Of a DNA stretch of 64,000 bases, positions 28,431 to 40,626 are shown piece by piece. Every line of letters starts with the position of its first letter. The stretch's first letter is position 1. The DNA is from Eledone cirrhosa (Eukaryota). The DNA lies in contig OZ024742.1 in NCBI GenBank assembly GCA_964016885.1, forward strand, positions 279,806,001-279,870,000, read 5' to 3'. The notes below the pieces were generated by a model. The model searched no databases. It saw only the letters and a program-made list of their open reading frames with translations, and had not been told where the DNA came from. The position numbers and the translations under genes were made by a program.

Positions 28431-28515
28431 CAGGTTTAGTCGCCGACGACCCGAACATGCGACAGGTTGTACTGGTTTACATGTTACCAGTAGCACTAAA
28501 CAGTGACCCGACATA

Positions 28516-28547
<32 letters not shown>

Positions 28548-28917
28548 GATACATGCATCCTGTTGAAGCGATCGAAACAAGGTGAACACAAATGGTCGAA
28601 AATGAGGCAAATCCAACACAGACCGGGTATTCAATTGTATTTGCTCGCAGGGAAAAAGCGTTGACGTACAAAATATATACACATCTTTACAATAAATTGT
28701 TAGTGAATAATTTATACACTTAATTCGGTTTTTGATCCAAGACTTTTTTATTCCTGATAAATCTAAACAGGATAGCTAACAACGGAACAGAATAAATATT
28801 ATAAACATGTAACCAATAAAAAAGCGCCCTTCCCACACACATACATATATTTATTTGTGTGTATATATATATATTTATTTATTTATTTTCATATATATAT
28901 CTATATAACATCTCTCA

Positions 28918-28971
<54 letters not shown>

Positions 28972-28994
28972 GTATGTATGCATATATATGTATG

Positions 28995-29052
<58 letters not shown>

Positions 29053-29132
29053 ATTATAAATACATATATGATATACACAGGCAAAACTATATCTATATCT
29101 ATCTATCTACCTCCCCCTTGCTCTCTCTCTCT

Positions 29133-29199
<67 letters not shown>

Positions 29200-29229
29200 A
29201 AGTGGGAGAGAGAGATACATATATATACA

Positions 29230-29415
<186 letters not shown>

Positions 29416-29702
29416 TCATTGACAAATAAATAAATAGATCGATGGAAAGCTTTCAAGTTAATAAATAATTACACATAATAATTATCGATATATAGATGTA
29501 GATTTAAGGAACAAAAAAAATGGTATATATACATATAAAAAAGATCGTTTCATAAAAGATGTTTTGACAAGAAATCTAAAAACATGGCAGACCAAAGAGT
29601 TTTATGGCAAAGTTGCTTCAGTGATCACGATATAACTCACCAATAAATATGTCTATTATATATAACACAGACAAACACTGTATTATATTTGTATATGTTC
29701 AT

Positions 29703-29788
<86 letters not shown>

Positions 29789-29808
29789 ACACAATTATAC
29801 ATACAAAT

Positions 29809-29846
<38 letters not shown>

Positions 29847-29938
29847 CTACGAATATATCCATATATGTATAGACACACACACAAATATAAATACGTCTAT
29901 ATATATATATATATGCATATATATACGTATATATAAAG

Positions 29939-30028
<90 letters not shown>

Positions 30029-30237
30029 GTATATACATTTATATATGTATATGATACTATAACAATCTAGAGTCTATATGTATTTACATTTATATATAGT
30101 GTCTAATTCACAGAGTATTTGCCTATTAGAGGATAAACGGTTACGGTTTAGGCCAAGAAACATTGCTAAGAGAATGATTTATATATCTGTTAATATAATT
30201 TATGAAGTTCTTCTAATCATTCACATGTTCATAGATC

Positions 30238-30275
<38 letters not shown>

Positions 30276-30296
30276 TATAAAGATATATATATACAA

Positions 30297-30342
<46 letters not shown>

Positions 30343-30380
30343 TATATATAAAATATATATAAATATATATATATATAAAT

Positions 30381-30413
<33 letters not shown>

Positions 30414-30647
30414 GATATATAACCATTCTTAAAGACTGTTATGTATATAGGTCATATATATGCACATGCTAATACAAACATATACATGCAAACATATATA
30501 TATACGCACAAGTGCACATGATAGCGAATAGCGATATACTGTACATGTCTGAGTATAGATACATCCACACAACTATAAGTGTCTGCGTTTCTATGTCTAA
30601 TTGTTCGTTTGTATACGTTCGCTATTTAATAGTACATGTTTCAATGT

Positions 30648-30713
<66 letters not shown>

Positions 30714-30730
30714 TTATATATACATATGCA

Positions 30731-30761
<31 letters not shown>

Positions 30762-31267
30762 GTATATGTACATATGTATGTACGTATGTATGTAGGTTTG
30801 TATACGTGTGCTTGTGTGTCTGATTGAATGTATGTATAAAGATAAACCTATCGGCATGTGTTTTAATATCGCAAACCATGAAACTATATAAATATTAGTA
30901 TATATTGCACGCGCACCTACACACACACATAAACTCACACTCACAGCACCCACATACAGCATCGAAATTTCAAAATGAAGTAGATGATTCTGCTCTATTA
31001 AACTAAGTAGTACATCGGCTAACCATTGATGTTCGCGTTGTGAGTCGGCTGGTATAAACATTTTGTCTAGCTTCGTTATTTGGCCTTCTATATTTTGATC
31101 TAGATATATTGGACGATTGGTCTTCACCTCGTTGGCTTAACATCAAACAGTTTAGACACACGGACGCGTGAGTGAGTGTTTATACATATATATGTATATA
31201 TATATATATATATATGAGTGTGTGTGTGGGGGGGGCAATGTTTTTATGTTTGTATGAATTTAAATAA

Positions 31268-31310
<43 letters not shown>

Positions 31311-31316
<6 letters not shown>

Positions 31317-31760
31317 ATTAAATAAATGGAAACTATATTTATAAAACCATATGTATTTCATTATATATATTTCAGGGATATCATATTAACAATATGCTAT
31401 GCCTTCCTCAGACAAAATACAATATAAACAGTTTTATAGATAAATAGATTTGACATACCGTAACAACATCGACTTGTATTTGAAAAGTTGAATTGGCATT
31501 CAAATACAAGTCGATGTTGTTACGGTATGTCAAATCTATTTATCTATAAAACTGTTTATATTGTATTTTGTCTGAGGAAGGCATAGCATATTGTTAATAT
31601 GATATCCCTGAAATATATATAATGAAATAAATATGGTTTTATAAATATAGTTTCCATTTATTTAATATTGTAAATATACTCCAAATATTTGTCGAGTGCT
31701 TTTATATCAGTTATAAATATTTACTAGTTGTAACCCAACAATTTAAATATAACTTTCTAT
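31311..31760 (+). mobile_element. Fold-back PLE-type insertion (family F)
   Basis: Arms 31311-31484 and 31499-31672, tail to about 31760, in (TA)n. Confidence 0.8.
31564..31629 (+). ncRNA. Type I hammerhead ribozyme (family F)
   Basis: TATTTTGT-CTGAGGA-AGG...CCT-GAAA-TATATA-TA-ATGAAATA; mirror copy on the minus strand at about 31354-31419. Confidence 0.7.
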
Positions 31761-31789
31761 GTATATATATATATACATGGAAAGTTATA

Positions 31790-32023
31790 TTTATGAAATA
31801 AAATGAAACAAGGATGAGTGGTTACTTTATTGGTTGGTGACGCGCGTTTCTCCACCGATCAGCTCAAGGTTCGATCTGTATCAATCTGCTGCGACTCTGT
31901 AATCAACGGCTCGTCAGATCCATTTTGGTGGTAATGATAGCTCGACACCTCGATACAGACGTTATCCTAAACATCGAGTGCTTACCCGGATGAACTCTAC
32001 AGTAACTCCGCGTTACACTCCCT

Positions 32024-32027
<4 letters not shown>
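31790..32027. mobile_element. PLE-type fragment (family G): minus-strand HHR joined to plus-strand tail
   Basis: Minus strand CTGACGA...GAAA-CGCGCG-TC-ACCA...AATAAA (about 31827-31921); TCGAGTGC at 31974; related fragment near 7955-7997. Confidence 0.55.
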
Positions 32028-32102
<75 letters not shown>

Positions 32103-32465
32103 TAGATATATAGATATATGTATGTATGTATCTTTGTAAAAGGTAAACAGAAATAACAACACAATCGGTACTGTATATGGAAGGGATATATTAGGTTAAT
32201 GCTTGATATAGCAGGAAGAGGGTCTCAACGCCTCGGACGCTACTCCTTCATCAGAAGAAACAAGCAGAAATAAGAGAGTTTGAGGGGACGGAAAAAAAAG
32301 TCGTTAGATAAAAATAACAGGTCCATTCATGTTACATCCCTTGCAAAACTGTTTGTAGTGACGTTTTGTGTATGATTTTTTTTTTAGAAAAGTGGATGAT
32401 CGAGCGTGTCTACCTGAAATGGAAAAAAAAAACGTTTCATATGTATGTATGTGTATATATATATA

Positions 32466-32897
32466 TCAAGTAAGAATATTTTCGAAACAGCGAGCGAGTT
32501 TGAAATTATAAATGTAAGCTACCGCCGTATTTTGACTAAAGAAATTAAAGAAAATTTTTTAGCCTGATAGTGGGGTTAAGAACCCTCGGAGAAATGGAAA
32601 AAGATGAGTATTGATGTACATGGGAGTCGAACCCACATCTTTGGTTATTCTGACCACTGTGCTACCATTACACCAACACATCAAATTAGAAGCTATAATC
32701 TTAGCAACTGTAAATGTCAAGTAAGAATATTTTCGAAACAGCAACCTAGTTTGAAATTATGAATGTAAGCTATCGTTGTATTTTGACTAAAGAAATTAAA
32801 GAAAATTATTTAGCCTGATAGTTCTTAACCCCACTATCAGGCTAAATAATTTTCTTTAATTTCTTTAGTCGAAAAACGGCGATAGTTTACATTTATA

Positions 32898-32899
<2 letters not shown>
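32466..32899 (-). mobile_element. tRNA-containing 251-bp unit in partial tandem plus inverted arm, in (TA)n
   Basis: 32466-32571 is repeated at 32717-32822 (offset 251); 32821-32899 is the inverted copy of about 32505-32583. Confidence 0.7.
32611..32683 (-). pseudogene. tRNA-like sequence (SINE-type head with Pol III A and B boxes)
   Basis: TGATGTG TT GGTGTAATGGTAGCAC A GTGGT CAGAATA ACCAA AGAT GTGGG TTCGACT CCCAT G TACATCA A; T5 run shortly downstream; imperfect cloverleaf. Confidence 0.65.
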
Positions 32900-32988
<89 letters not shown>

Positions 32989-32993
<5 letters not shown>

Positions 32994-33315
32994 TAAAAGG
33001 AAAAGAAATTGCTGACAAATTTTTCACAGTGAAAAATAGTTTAATTAGGAATAAGTAAAAATTAGTATTGGTTAGTATTCAGTTTTGGTTTCAAGTTTTT
33101 ACCGGTTAGATAGAGCGCCCGTGATGTTTGCTCTGAGAGCAAACATCACGGGCGCTCTATATAAAAATTATTTTTGAAAAGCATTAGAAATGCGCAACCG
33201 GTAAAAAATTGAAACCAAAACTGAATACTAACCAATACTATTACTAATTTTTACTTATTCCTAATTAAACTATTTTTCACTGGGAAAAATTTGTCAGCAT
33301 TTTCTTTTCCTTTTA

Positions 33316-33320
<5 letters not shown>
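32989..33320 (+). mobile_element. Family D palindromic insertion
   Basis: Fold centre at 33135. The right-arm HHR (33171-33206) has GAAA>GCAA; the left arm lacks the HHR core. Confidence 0.75.
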
Positions 33321-33377
<57 letters not shown>

Positions 33378-34063
33378 ATTGTATGCTTGCACGTCCGTAT
33401 GGATCTATGAGTGTGTGTGGTGAACGTTGTTAGACAAAAGAAGAACGTTGTCACAAAAGTAGAATGATCGAAAATGTGAGGCTCCCGTGATGTTATAGTC
33501 CAACTTGATAGCTATCAGTAAAAAACCGTCATAATGTGCAGAGAACAGAATGAAGTAACGATGTTAGACCTGAAACTTCCATCGGAGACGTACATCAATG
33601 ATACGTTTGAGTTAGAAGCCTGAAAACTGAGATATCAACGGATAGGTGGCATCATAATTTCTTGTAGAGATTTGTATCAGGTTATTTGTTGGAACAAGAT
33701 TGAGTCGCTACCCAGGATTTTGATTAACCGTAAAGGTAATAAACCAACATTCGCGAAAATTATCTGAGCCTGCTAGGTATGCATTTCAGCATCTAGCTCA
33801 AGAGAGAAGAATTGTGCGTCTAGTACCAAGATAAGCACACAATGCGCATTTCTTCTATCACCAGTTTGAGGAGCAGATTGGTAATGGAGTCGGGTCCATA
33901 ACTCCTATGGGGGTTCTTGAGCCAATCCTCTGCAAAACGCGCGTAACAAGTCATACAAAATAACTATCGAATACATGCAAACGAAACTTCCTCATATTTT
34001 CTCTCTCTCTCGAAACACACAAACAATTGTTCTCTGAATGGTGATCTATCTGTTGTGTTACCA

Positions 34064-34109
<46 letters not shown>

Positions 34110-34125
34110 TATCACAAAATCGAAT

Positions 34126-34215
34126 TTCATCTGAGGATACCGTTCTCATAACAACAACAAATGCATGAATTACATCTTGATGGCATGAGCGAACCATTGA
34201 AATAATTATAATGAA
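34126..34215 (+). ncRNA. Type I hammerhead ribozyme in a PLE-type fragment (34107-34260)
   Basis: TTCAT-CTGAGGA-[GTTC TCAT...ATGA gc GAAC]-GAAA-TAATTA-TA-ATGAA; duplicated on the minus strand at 42781-42870. Confidence 0.7.
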
Positions 34216-34264
34216 TAAACGATTTTTGTAACATCAGCATCTTTATTAATGTTATTAATATATA

Positions 34265-34287
34265 TAGATAGATAGACAGATAGATAT

Positions 34288-34382
<95 letters not shown>

Positions 34383-34515
34383 TGTTTCTTTTATTTGCCA
34401 CTAGGGCATCAAAAGTGGGACAAGTACAAAGGGGGAGTTTACACAAAAAGGCGTCCTCAATAAGGAGGAGGCAATAACAAAATATAAAAATAAAATAAGA
34501 TATAACAATAGATAG

Positions 34516-34546
<31 letters not shown>

Positions 34547-34563
34547 GATAGATAGATAGATAT

Positions 34564-34594
<31 letters not shown>

Positions 34595-35106
34595 TGTTTC
34601 TTTTATTTGCCACTAGGGCATCAAAAGTGGGACAAGTACAAAGGGGGGAGTTTACACAAAAAGGCGTCCTCAATAAGGAGGAGGCAATAACAAAATATAA
34701 AAATAAAATGAGATATAACAAAAAATAAAATTTTTAACAAAATCCTCAATAGAGAGGAGGCGCCTTGGGGGGTCGCACACACCCCCGAAAAAAGTGTGCA
34801 ACCCTTCTCCTCAGGAGCACAGAGAAGGGGTGCTCCCTTGGTCTTTCATCTTCCTCACCTATAGTCTGATGTAGAGTGAAGGCCCATTCACACGGGCCAT
34901 TCTCGCCACTTTCACCCATCTTTCATAGAAACGGCTGGGGTGCAGCACCTCTCTCTCCATCCTGATCCTTCTTCCGAAATGATATCGGAAGAAACGGACC
35001 AGTTGTTGGCCAGAGAGAAAAGTGCCCGACCCCAGTCCTTTCAGACGCGTCCACCATACAACCTCTTTCGCCATGGCTATTACGCACAGAAACACCGCCT
35101 CTGCTT
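34265..35106 (-). mobile_element. Two stacked 5'-truncated copies of the LINE 3' end (about 510 and 125 bp), each followed by (TATC)n
   Basis: 34595-35106 and 34383-34508 repeat the ORF2 end/3' UTR; GATA arrays at 34265-34382 and 34508-34594. Confidence 0.85.
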
Positions 35107-35382
35107 GATAGATAGATATATTTCTTTTATTTGCCACTAGGGCATCAAAAGTGGGACAAGTACAAAGGGGGGAGTTTACACAAAAAGGCGTCCTCAATAA
35201 GGAGAAGGCAATAACAAAATATAAAAATAAAATAAGATATAACAAAAAATAAAATTTTTAACAAAATCCTCAATAGAGAGGAGGCGCCTTGGGGGGTCGC
35301 ACACACCCCCGAAAAAAGTGTGCAACCCTTCTCCTCAGGAGCACAGAGAAGGGGTGCTCCCTTGGTCTTTCATCTTCCTCAC

Positions 35383-38300
35383 CTATAGTCTGATGTAGAG
35401 TGAAGGCCCATTCACACGGGCCATTCTCGCCACTTTCACCCATCTTTCATAGAAACGGCTGGGGTGCAGCACCTCTCTCTCCATCCTGATCCTTCTTCCG
35501 AAATGATATCGGAAGAAACGGACCAGTTGTTGGCCAGAGAGAAAGGTGCCCGACCTCAGTCCTTTCAGACGCGTCCACCATACAACCTCTTTCGCCATGG
35601 CTATTACGCACAGAAACACCGCCTCTGCTTCATCTTTGAAGGGGGGAGGCGGCTTGATCATTACAATAGACTCGGTGGTCAACCGGATCGGTCCCACCCT
35701 TGACAGCAGTTGTTCGACATAGCCCCACAGATCGGCTACGCCCGAGCAGTGTACTAATGCGTGTGCAACGGTTTCCTCGTCGCACACGCATCTGGGACAG
35801 ATCTTTTTGGCGGGGTCCCTACCCGGGCGCCCGTGTCTGTAGAGCCTTTCTCGAACGGGTAAAGCCCCTCGGTAGCACTGCCAGGCCAGGGACTTCTGGA
35901 AGTTGTCCATAGGTCCCGGGCTAAATGTCCTACCGAAAAGGCTGGCCAGTTCGTCCTCCTCCATGTCTAGGGCTTCTCCGAGGGCGTCGTCGCACCTGCT
36001 GCGTACCAGCCCTCTATAGAATGTTGCGGTGGAGTCTCCACTGATAACCGGATCCGCCTGCCAGAGGGCGGTGAGCGCCTGGGCACACTCAGTGTGCCAG
36101 GCGCCCAGTTTTCTCGGTCTTTGCTTGACCCAGGATTGCAGCTCGGTGAGTGAGACGAGTCTGGGAAAGGTTCGTCTCACAAACGAGGCCCACACCGGTT
36201 GTCCGGTGAGGAATACGTAGAGGTGCCGTAGCCTTAATGCGTGTTTACGCATCATTAGCCACGGCATCCCCAGCCCTCCTTTCGAAGGGTGTTGACAGCA
36301 GATGGATCTCCTCACCATAGGAGCCCGCCTCTTCCAAAGGAATTGGAAGAGCGCGCGCTCCATCTTGGTGAGGGTTTCCCTTGGGCAGGGCACTACGGTC
36401 AGGCGGTAGTAGATGACGGACGCTATGTAGGTGTTCGCCACCTCCGCCCGACCTTTCAGGGATAGTTTGCAACTGGCCCACTTCTGGGTCAGTGCAAACA
36501 CTCTGTTCGTAACCTCCGCCCAGTTTTTCTCCACCTGGAGGTCCGGTCCGAACCAGACCCCGAGCAACTTCACCGGGCCCTCCGTCCAGCGTCCGACGAC
36601 GCTATCGGAGGGCATCGGTCTGCCCCTCCACGTGCCGAGTTGCAAACCGATCGACTTGTCCCGGTTCAGCTTAGCCCCTGTGAACTTTTCGTACTCCTCC
36701 AGTAAGGTGCCGACCGCCTCGATTTCGGAGGCCGTCGACACCATTACTGTCACGTCATCGGCGTAGGCCGACACCGCTTTCCGCAATCCCGGTTCCAAAG
36801 GGATGCCCTGCAACAACTCCAACTTCCGCAGTAGTGGCTCGAGAGTCAATACATACAGAAGGGAGGAGAGAGGGCACCCTTGTCGGATGGACCGCGCGAT
36901 TTTGAACGGCTCCGAGAGGTAGCCGTTCACCTTGACCCTAGAGCAGATGCGGCTGCTGTGCATAGCAGTGATCCAGCCCCTGAAAACGGGTCCGAAGCCT
37001 GCCGCCGCTAGCACCGCATCCAGGTAACCATGGTCGACCCTATCGAACGCCTTAGATTGATCCAAGTTGATCAGAGCCCCACCAAAGCCGGGTTCGTTCC
37101 CAACCCTCTCTATGATGTATCGCATGAGGTGGAGGTTGTCATGGATGGACCTGGACGGGATAGCGCATGTCTGCGCATCTCCCACCAGGTTGCCCACGAC
37201 AAGCGCCAACCTCTTTGCTAGCACCTTGGCCAAAATCTGTAACTCTGTATTTAGCAGTGTTATGGGCCTGAAGTTACTTATTTCGTCCCCCTTGTTCTCG
37301 TCCTTCCTCACTAGCGTGACTACGCCCTTGGTCACAGTACAGGGAATTCTCCCGTTCTGTTGCCAGTTGCAGTAGACCGCCTCGAGGAGATCGGGGAACA
37401 AGTCCGGCATAGCTAGATATAATTCGTAAGGAAGACCATCGAGACCCGGGGATTTGCGTTTGCCGCATTGGCTCAGCACGTCCTCTATCTCAGCGGCCGA
37501 AATCGGCTCCTCGCAGGACTTCGCCTCCCTGTCCGAGAGGCGCGGCAGGCCGTCGAGGTATGGACCGAAGTCCACGTTCCCAACCGGCTCCCCGCCCCTC
37601 CCGAACAGTCGGGCAAAGTGCCTTTGAAAGGCCTCACACATCTGCTTAGGCTCAAGAATCGCCCGTCCATCCAGGTCTCGCAAAGACCGGATGGTGGATT
37701 TAGTTCCACTGTTGGCCTCTGTCACGCGGGCCCAGCTAACAGCTTTGGTCCCCTCGTTCCCTAGAGCACGTATTTTACTTCGGACAACGCAGCCTTCGTG
37801 CTTCGCGTCGAAAAACTGGCTCAAAGCCGTTCTCGACGCTAGCACTCTGGCCACGTCGCCGCTTCTAATTGCCTCTTCTACTCTATCTATTAGCTCCCTT
37901 TCCTTCCTATTCCTATCCGCAGCTAGAACCTTACTAAATTCTATCGAGACTACTCTAATCTCTCTCTTTAGAGATACCCACCACCTGCTGTTGACGATCG
38001 CTCCAGTCAACCGTTCCTTAACTAACGTACTAATCCGATTCCTGTAGGCTCTACTTGCCGGCAAGGACAAGTTGAGCTTCCAGTAACCGGGGCCCTGTCT
38101 ATGAGTTCTGTCAAGGTTGACCATGCAGGTCACTAATTTGTGGTCTGAATAGCCAACAATGCGCATTTTTGGACAACTTAAAAATTCCTTATCCTTAATT
38201 CTAACTAAGAACCTATCTAGGTACGACCTAGATGATCCGCTACGATTTGCCCAAGTCCAGGTTGGCGCAGTCGGAAAATCTAGTCGATATCTATCGGCCA

Positions 38301-38820
38301 GGTCAAATCGACCGATTAACCCTTTGAGGCTATTACACCCCTCTCTATCGGGGCAGGCCCCTACGTAGTCCCAACGTGCATCTAGGATACCATTCCAGTC
38401 CCCCACTAATAGCAAGGAGCGGGACGTCCCTAGAAAAGTCTCCAGACGATGGAAGAAGTCCGGCCGCATTGACCCGAAAGGGCCGTAGGCGGCTACCAAC
38501 CTAAACGCTCCGCCTTTACCACTGCCAAGGTCCAGAACCACTAGTCGACCCTCCGGGTCCAAATGTACCATCTGTGTTGCGAGACCCAGATGTTTTTGCA
38601 GCAGAACGACAACTCCACCCCCACCTCCAGGCTGACAGAGAGATGCGTGCATCTCAAAGTCATCAAAGGTGGGGGCCAGCTGTCGCACGTTGCTGATCCG
38701 GGCCTCGCAAATAACCATCACATCTATACGTTGTGACCTGAGGTCATTTAGAAGCATTGCTTGCTTCCAAGTTGAGCCCAGGCCACGCGCATTTAAACAG
38801 CCTACTCTTAGCATAGCCAT
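35383..38820 (-). CDS. LINE ORF2 protein: APE endonuclease + reverse transcriptase + CCHC
   Basis: CLNARGL, GDWN, SYLDRFLV, SDH; KSPGLDG, FRPITLLN, LDQSKAFDRV, QGCPLS, YADD; CPRC..ETVAHALVHC; first ATG at 38820. Confidence 0.95.
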   Translation of the reverse strand: MAMLRVGCLNARGLGSTWKQAMLLNDLRSQRIDVMVICEARISNVRQLAPTFDDFEMHASLCQPGGGGGVVVLLQKHLGLATQMVHLDPEGRLVVLDLGSGKGGAFRLVAAYGPFGSMRPDFFHRLETFLGTSRSLLLVGDWNGILDARWDYVGACPDREGCNSLKGLIGRFDLADRYRLDFPTAPTWTWANRSGSSRSYLDRFLVRIKDKEFLSCPKMRIVGYSDHKLVTCMVNLDRTHRQGPGYWKLNLSLPASRAYRNRISTLVKERLTGAIVNSRWWVSLKREIRVVSIEFSKVLAADRNRKERELIDRVEEAIRSGDVARVLASRTALSQFFDAKHEGCVVRSKIRALGNEGTKAVSWARVTEANSGTKSTIRSLRDLDGRAILEPKQMCEAFQRHFARLFGRGGEPVGNVDFGPYLDGLPRLSDREAKSCEEPISAAEIEDVLSQCGKRKSPGLDGLPYELYLAMPDLFPDLLEAVYCNWQQNGRIPCTVTKGVVTLVRKDENKGDEISNFRPITLLNTELQILAKVLAKRLALVVGNLVGDAQTCAIPSRSIHDNLHLMRYIIERVGNEPGFGGALINLDQSKAFDRVDHGYLDAVLAAAGFGPVFRGWITAMHSSRICSRVKVNGYLSEPFKIARSIRQGCPLSSLLYVLTLEPLLRKLELLQGIPLEPGLRKAVSAYADDVTVMVSTASEIEAVGTLLEEYEKFTGAKLNRDKSIGLQLGTWRGRPMPSDSVVGRWTEGPVKLLGVWFGPDLQVEKNWAEVTNRVFALTQKWASCKLSLKGRAEVANTYIASVIYYRLTVVPCPRETLTKMERALFQFLWKRRAPMVRRSICCQHPSKGGLGMPWLMMRKHALRLRHLYVFLTGQPVWASFVRRTFPRLVSLTELQSWVKQRPRKLGAWHTECAQALTALWQADPVISGDSTATFYRGLVRSRCDDALGEALDMEEDELASLFGRTFSPGPMDNFQKSLAWQCYRGALPVRERLYRHGRPGRDPAKKICPRCVCDEETVAHALVHCSGVADLWGYVEQLLSRVGPIRLTTESIVMIKPPPPFKDEAEAVFLCVIAMAKEVVWWTRLKGLRSGTFLSGQQLVRFFRYHFGRRIRMEREVLHPSRFYERWVKVARMARVNGPSLYIRL

Positions 38821-38844
38821 GTTGGTGGTGAAGAGAAAAGGCAC

Positions 38845-40626
38845 TTACCTCTCTGCGTCCCGGGTATCGGGCTGCACAATTTCCATTAGGGTGGGGGATG
38901 GGTTGTTGGGTGGGGTGGTGGTTTGTGGAAGTGTGGGGGCATCAGTGTGTTGTGTGGTTGGGGAGCTTGGAGTTGTGAGGGTGTTTGGGGAGGGGGTGGG
39001 ATAGTTTTTTAGGAGGACTCGGTTAATGGGCCCGACGCAGGGGGGACCCACGTCCTCTTTAAAATTGTTTTTTAAAGTTTTATAGGTGTCCTGTGGGGCC
39101 TTAATCATTTTGAGGTGGGGGAAATCCCCTGCCTGGGTGAAGTTAGGCCCTTGTGTTTTTATTAGATTGTTGTTGTACACAATGTTTAACAGTTTTTTGT
39201 TTCTTGTATTTATGTATGTGTATGCATGTTTTTGTTTTTGTGTGGTGTTTTTTGTTTGCTGTTGTGAGCTCTTTTGTGTTGGTGTCAGTGTTATGTTTTG
39301 GGGAGGGGTTTTTTTCATTTGTGTGTCTGAGGTGTGTTTTCTTTTTTTTCTTTTGATTGTGTGGAAGTGCTCCTCCTCGTCTGACGACGAACTAGGGTCA
39401 TCTTCCGCGTTGGAGGGGAGGGGTATATTTTCGGGTTGTGTTTGCGGTACGGGTGTTTTGGAAATTGTTTTTGTTTTTTGAGTGGAGGGGATGGGTTGGA
39501 CATTGTTTTGTTTTGGTTTGAGCTGTGGTGGTTGTTTTTGTAGTGGTTGTTGTGGTGATTGTGTTGGTTGTGCAGTTGTTGGTGGTGTAGGCAGGATTGG
39601 GGTTTTCTTATTAAGTTGGGGACAGACAGCCCTCAGGTGACCTCTGGTTCCGCAGAGGTAACACGAGGGCCGTCTACCCTCAACGGTAATGTTGATGAAG
39701 GTTAGATCATCCAGTATGACGCGTTCAGGGATCTGGGCGATCCTTTCGGGCCTCATTTGAACTACAAGTTCGAGGCTCGTTCCACTGAACGCGTCACCCG
39801 ATGCCTTTCCCATGGACACCAGCATGTCATCCTCCAGGTCCAGAAAACCTGTCAAAACCCACCATATGTCCATAATCGGCAGGATGGTGTGGATTTTTAT
39901 TTTTTGTGTTCTTCTACCCATGTACGTAGGGTAGAAGGTGTATGCGGTGGATGTGATTGGTTTGATGGACAGTTTCACTGCTGTGTCCCTGTCCTTCATG
40001 AGAATGGATAGACTCCCGTAGAGTCTATCCTTCTGAATGAAGGTGATGTCCTTCATGACGTCTTTTAAAACCAGCTCTATCTCGCTCTGTGATGGTTGAG
40101 CTGGTTTTTTACTTTTGTTCGAGATTGTCCTAAACATGACCGTGTTTAGGAGTCTCTGGCTTTTTAGTTCCGGGGGGGAATGGATTGTGAATGAACCATT
40201 TTCCCCGTACACTATATATTTTTTCGCATCCGCCAGTAGCTCCTTCGCTTTTGTTATATCTACTGGCAGATAGTCGAGGGTTTTCCTTGTCGTCTCGGCG
40301 AAGGAGAAATTTTGTTTGTTTGTGTTGTTGTTGTCGTTGGTGGTGTTGTTGTTATCATTGTTGTTGTTGTCACCGTTATTGGTCTTGTTGTTGTTATTGT
40401 TATTGTTATTGGTGTTGTTTTCTACCGTCGCATTGTTGTTGTTGTTGCTGTTGGTTCTTTGGGTTGTTGCCATGGTAACGTCAAGTTGTCGGTTAACAGG
40501 TGGAGAGAATTCTTCCTCTGACTGACCTATCTTCTTGACCTCTGCTACTGTGACAGTGGCAGGGGGGAGCTGTAAGTTCATCTTCCCCTTTCCTCCTTCG
40601 AATTTTGGTGAAGAAGCTTCGGCCAT
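38845..40626 (-). CDS. LINE ORF1 protein (CCHC zinc knuckle)
   Basis: 593 aa uninterrupted; VEGRRPSCYLCGTRGHLRAVCP; Asn-rich N-terminus and Pro/Thr/Gln-rich C-terminus. Confidence 0.9.
   Translation of the reverse strand: MAEASSPKFEGGKGKMNLQLPPATVTVAEVKKIGQSEEEFSPPVNRQLDVTMATTQRTNSNNNNNATVENNTNNNNNNNNKTNNGDNNNNDNNNTTNDNNNTNKQNFSFAETTRKTLDYLPVDITKAKELLADAKKYIVYGENGSFTIHSPPELKSQRLLNTVMFRTISNKSKKPAQPSQSEIELVLKDVMKDITFIQKDRLYGSLSILMKDRDTAVKLSIKPITSTAYTFYPTYMGRRTQKIKIHTILPIMDIWWVLTGFLDLEDDMLVSMGKASGDAFSGTSLELVVQMRPERIAQIPERVILDDLTFINITVEGRRPSCYLCGTRGHLRAVCPQLNKKTPILPTPPTTAQPTQSPQQPLQKQPPQLKPKQNNVQPIPSTQKTKTISKTPVPQTQPENIPLPSNAEDDPSSSSDEEEHFHTIKRKKRKHTSDTQMKKTPPQNITLTPTQKSSQQQTKNTTQKQKHAYTYINTRNKKLLNIVYNNNLIKTQGPNFTQAGDFPHLKMIKAPQDTYKTLKNNFKEDVGPPCVGPINRVLLKNYPTPSPNTLTTPSSPTTQHTDAPTLPQTTTPPNNPSPTLMEIVQPDTRDAER

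Larger units (their letters stand above)
34029..36166. repeat. Left arm of 2138-bp inverted duplication
   Basis: Reverse complement of 40830-42967; mirror ORF coordinates all sum to 76996, so there is no net indel. Confidence 0.95.

Noticed and set aside
32215-32260. Minus-strand CTGATGA-AGGA...TCC-GAGG
   Set aside because: GAAA is replaced by GAGG; probably a decayed PLE end, not called as a ribozyme.
32611-32683. Functional tRNA gene
   Set aside because: Mismatched anticodon stem, no U33, extra base before the acceptor 3' strand, and embedded in a repeat.
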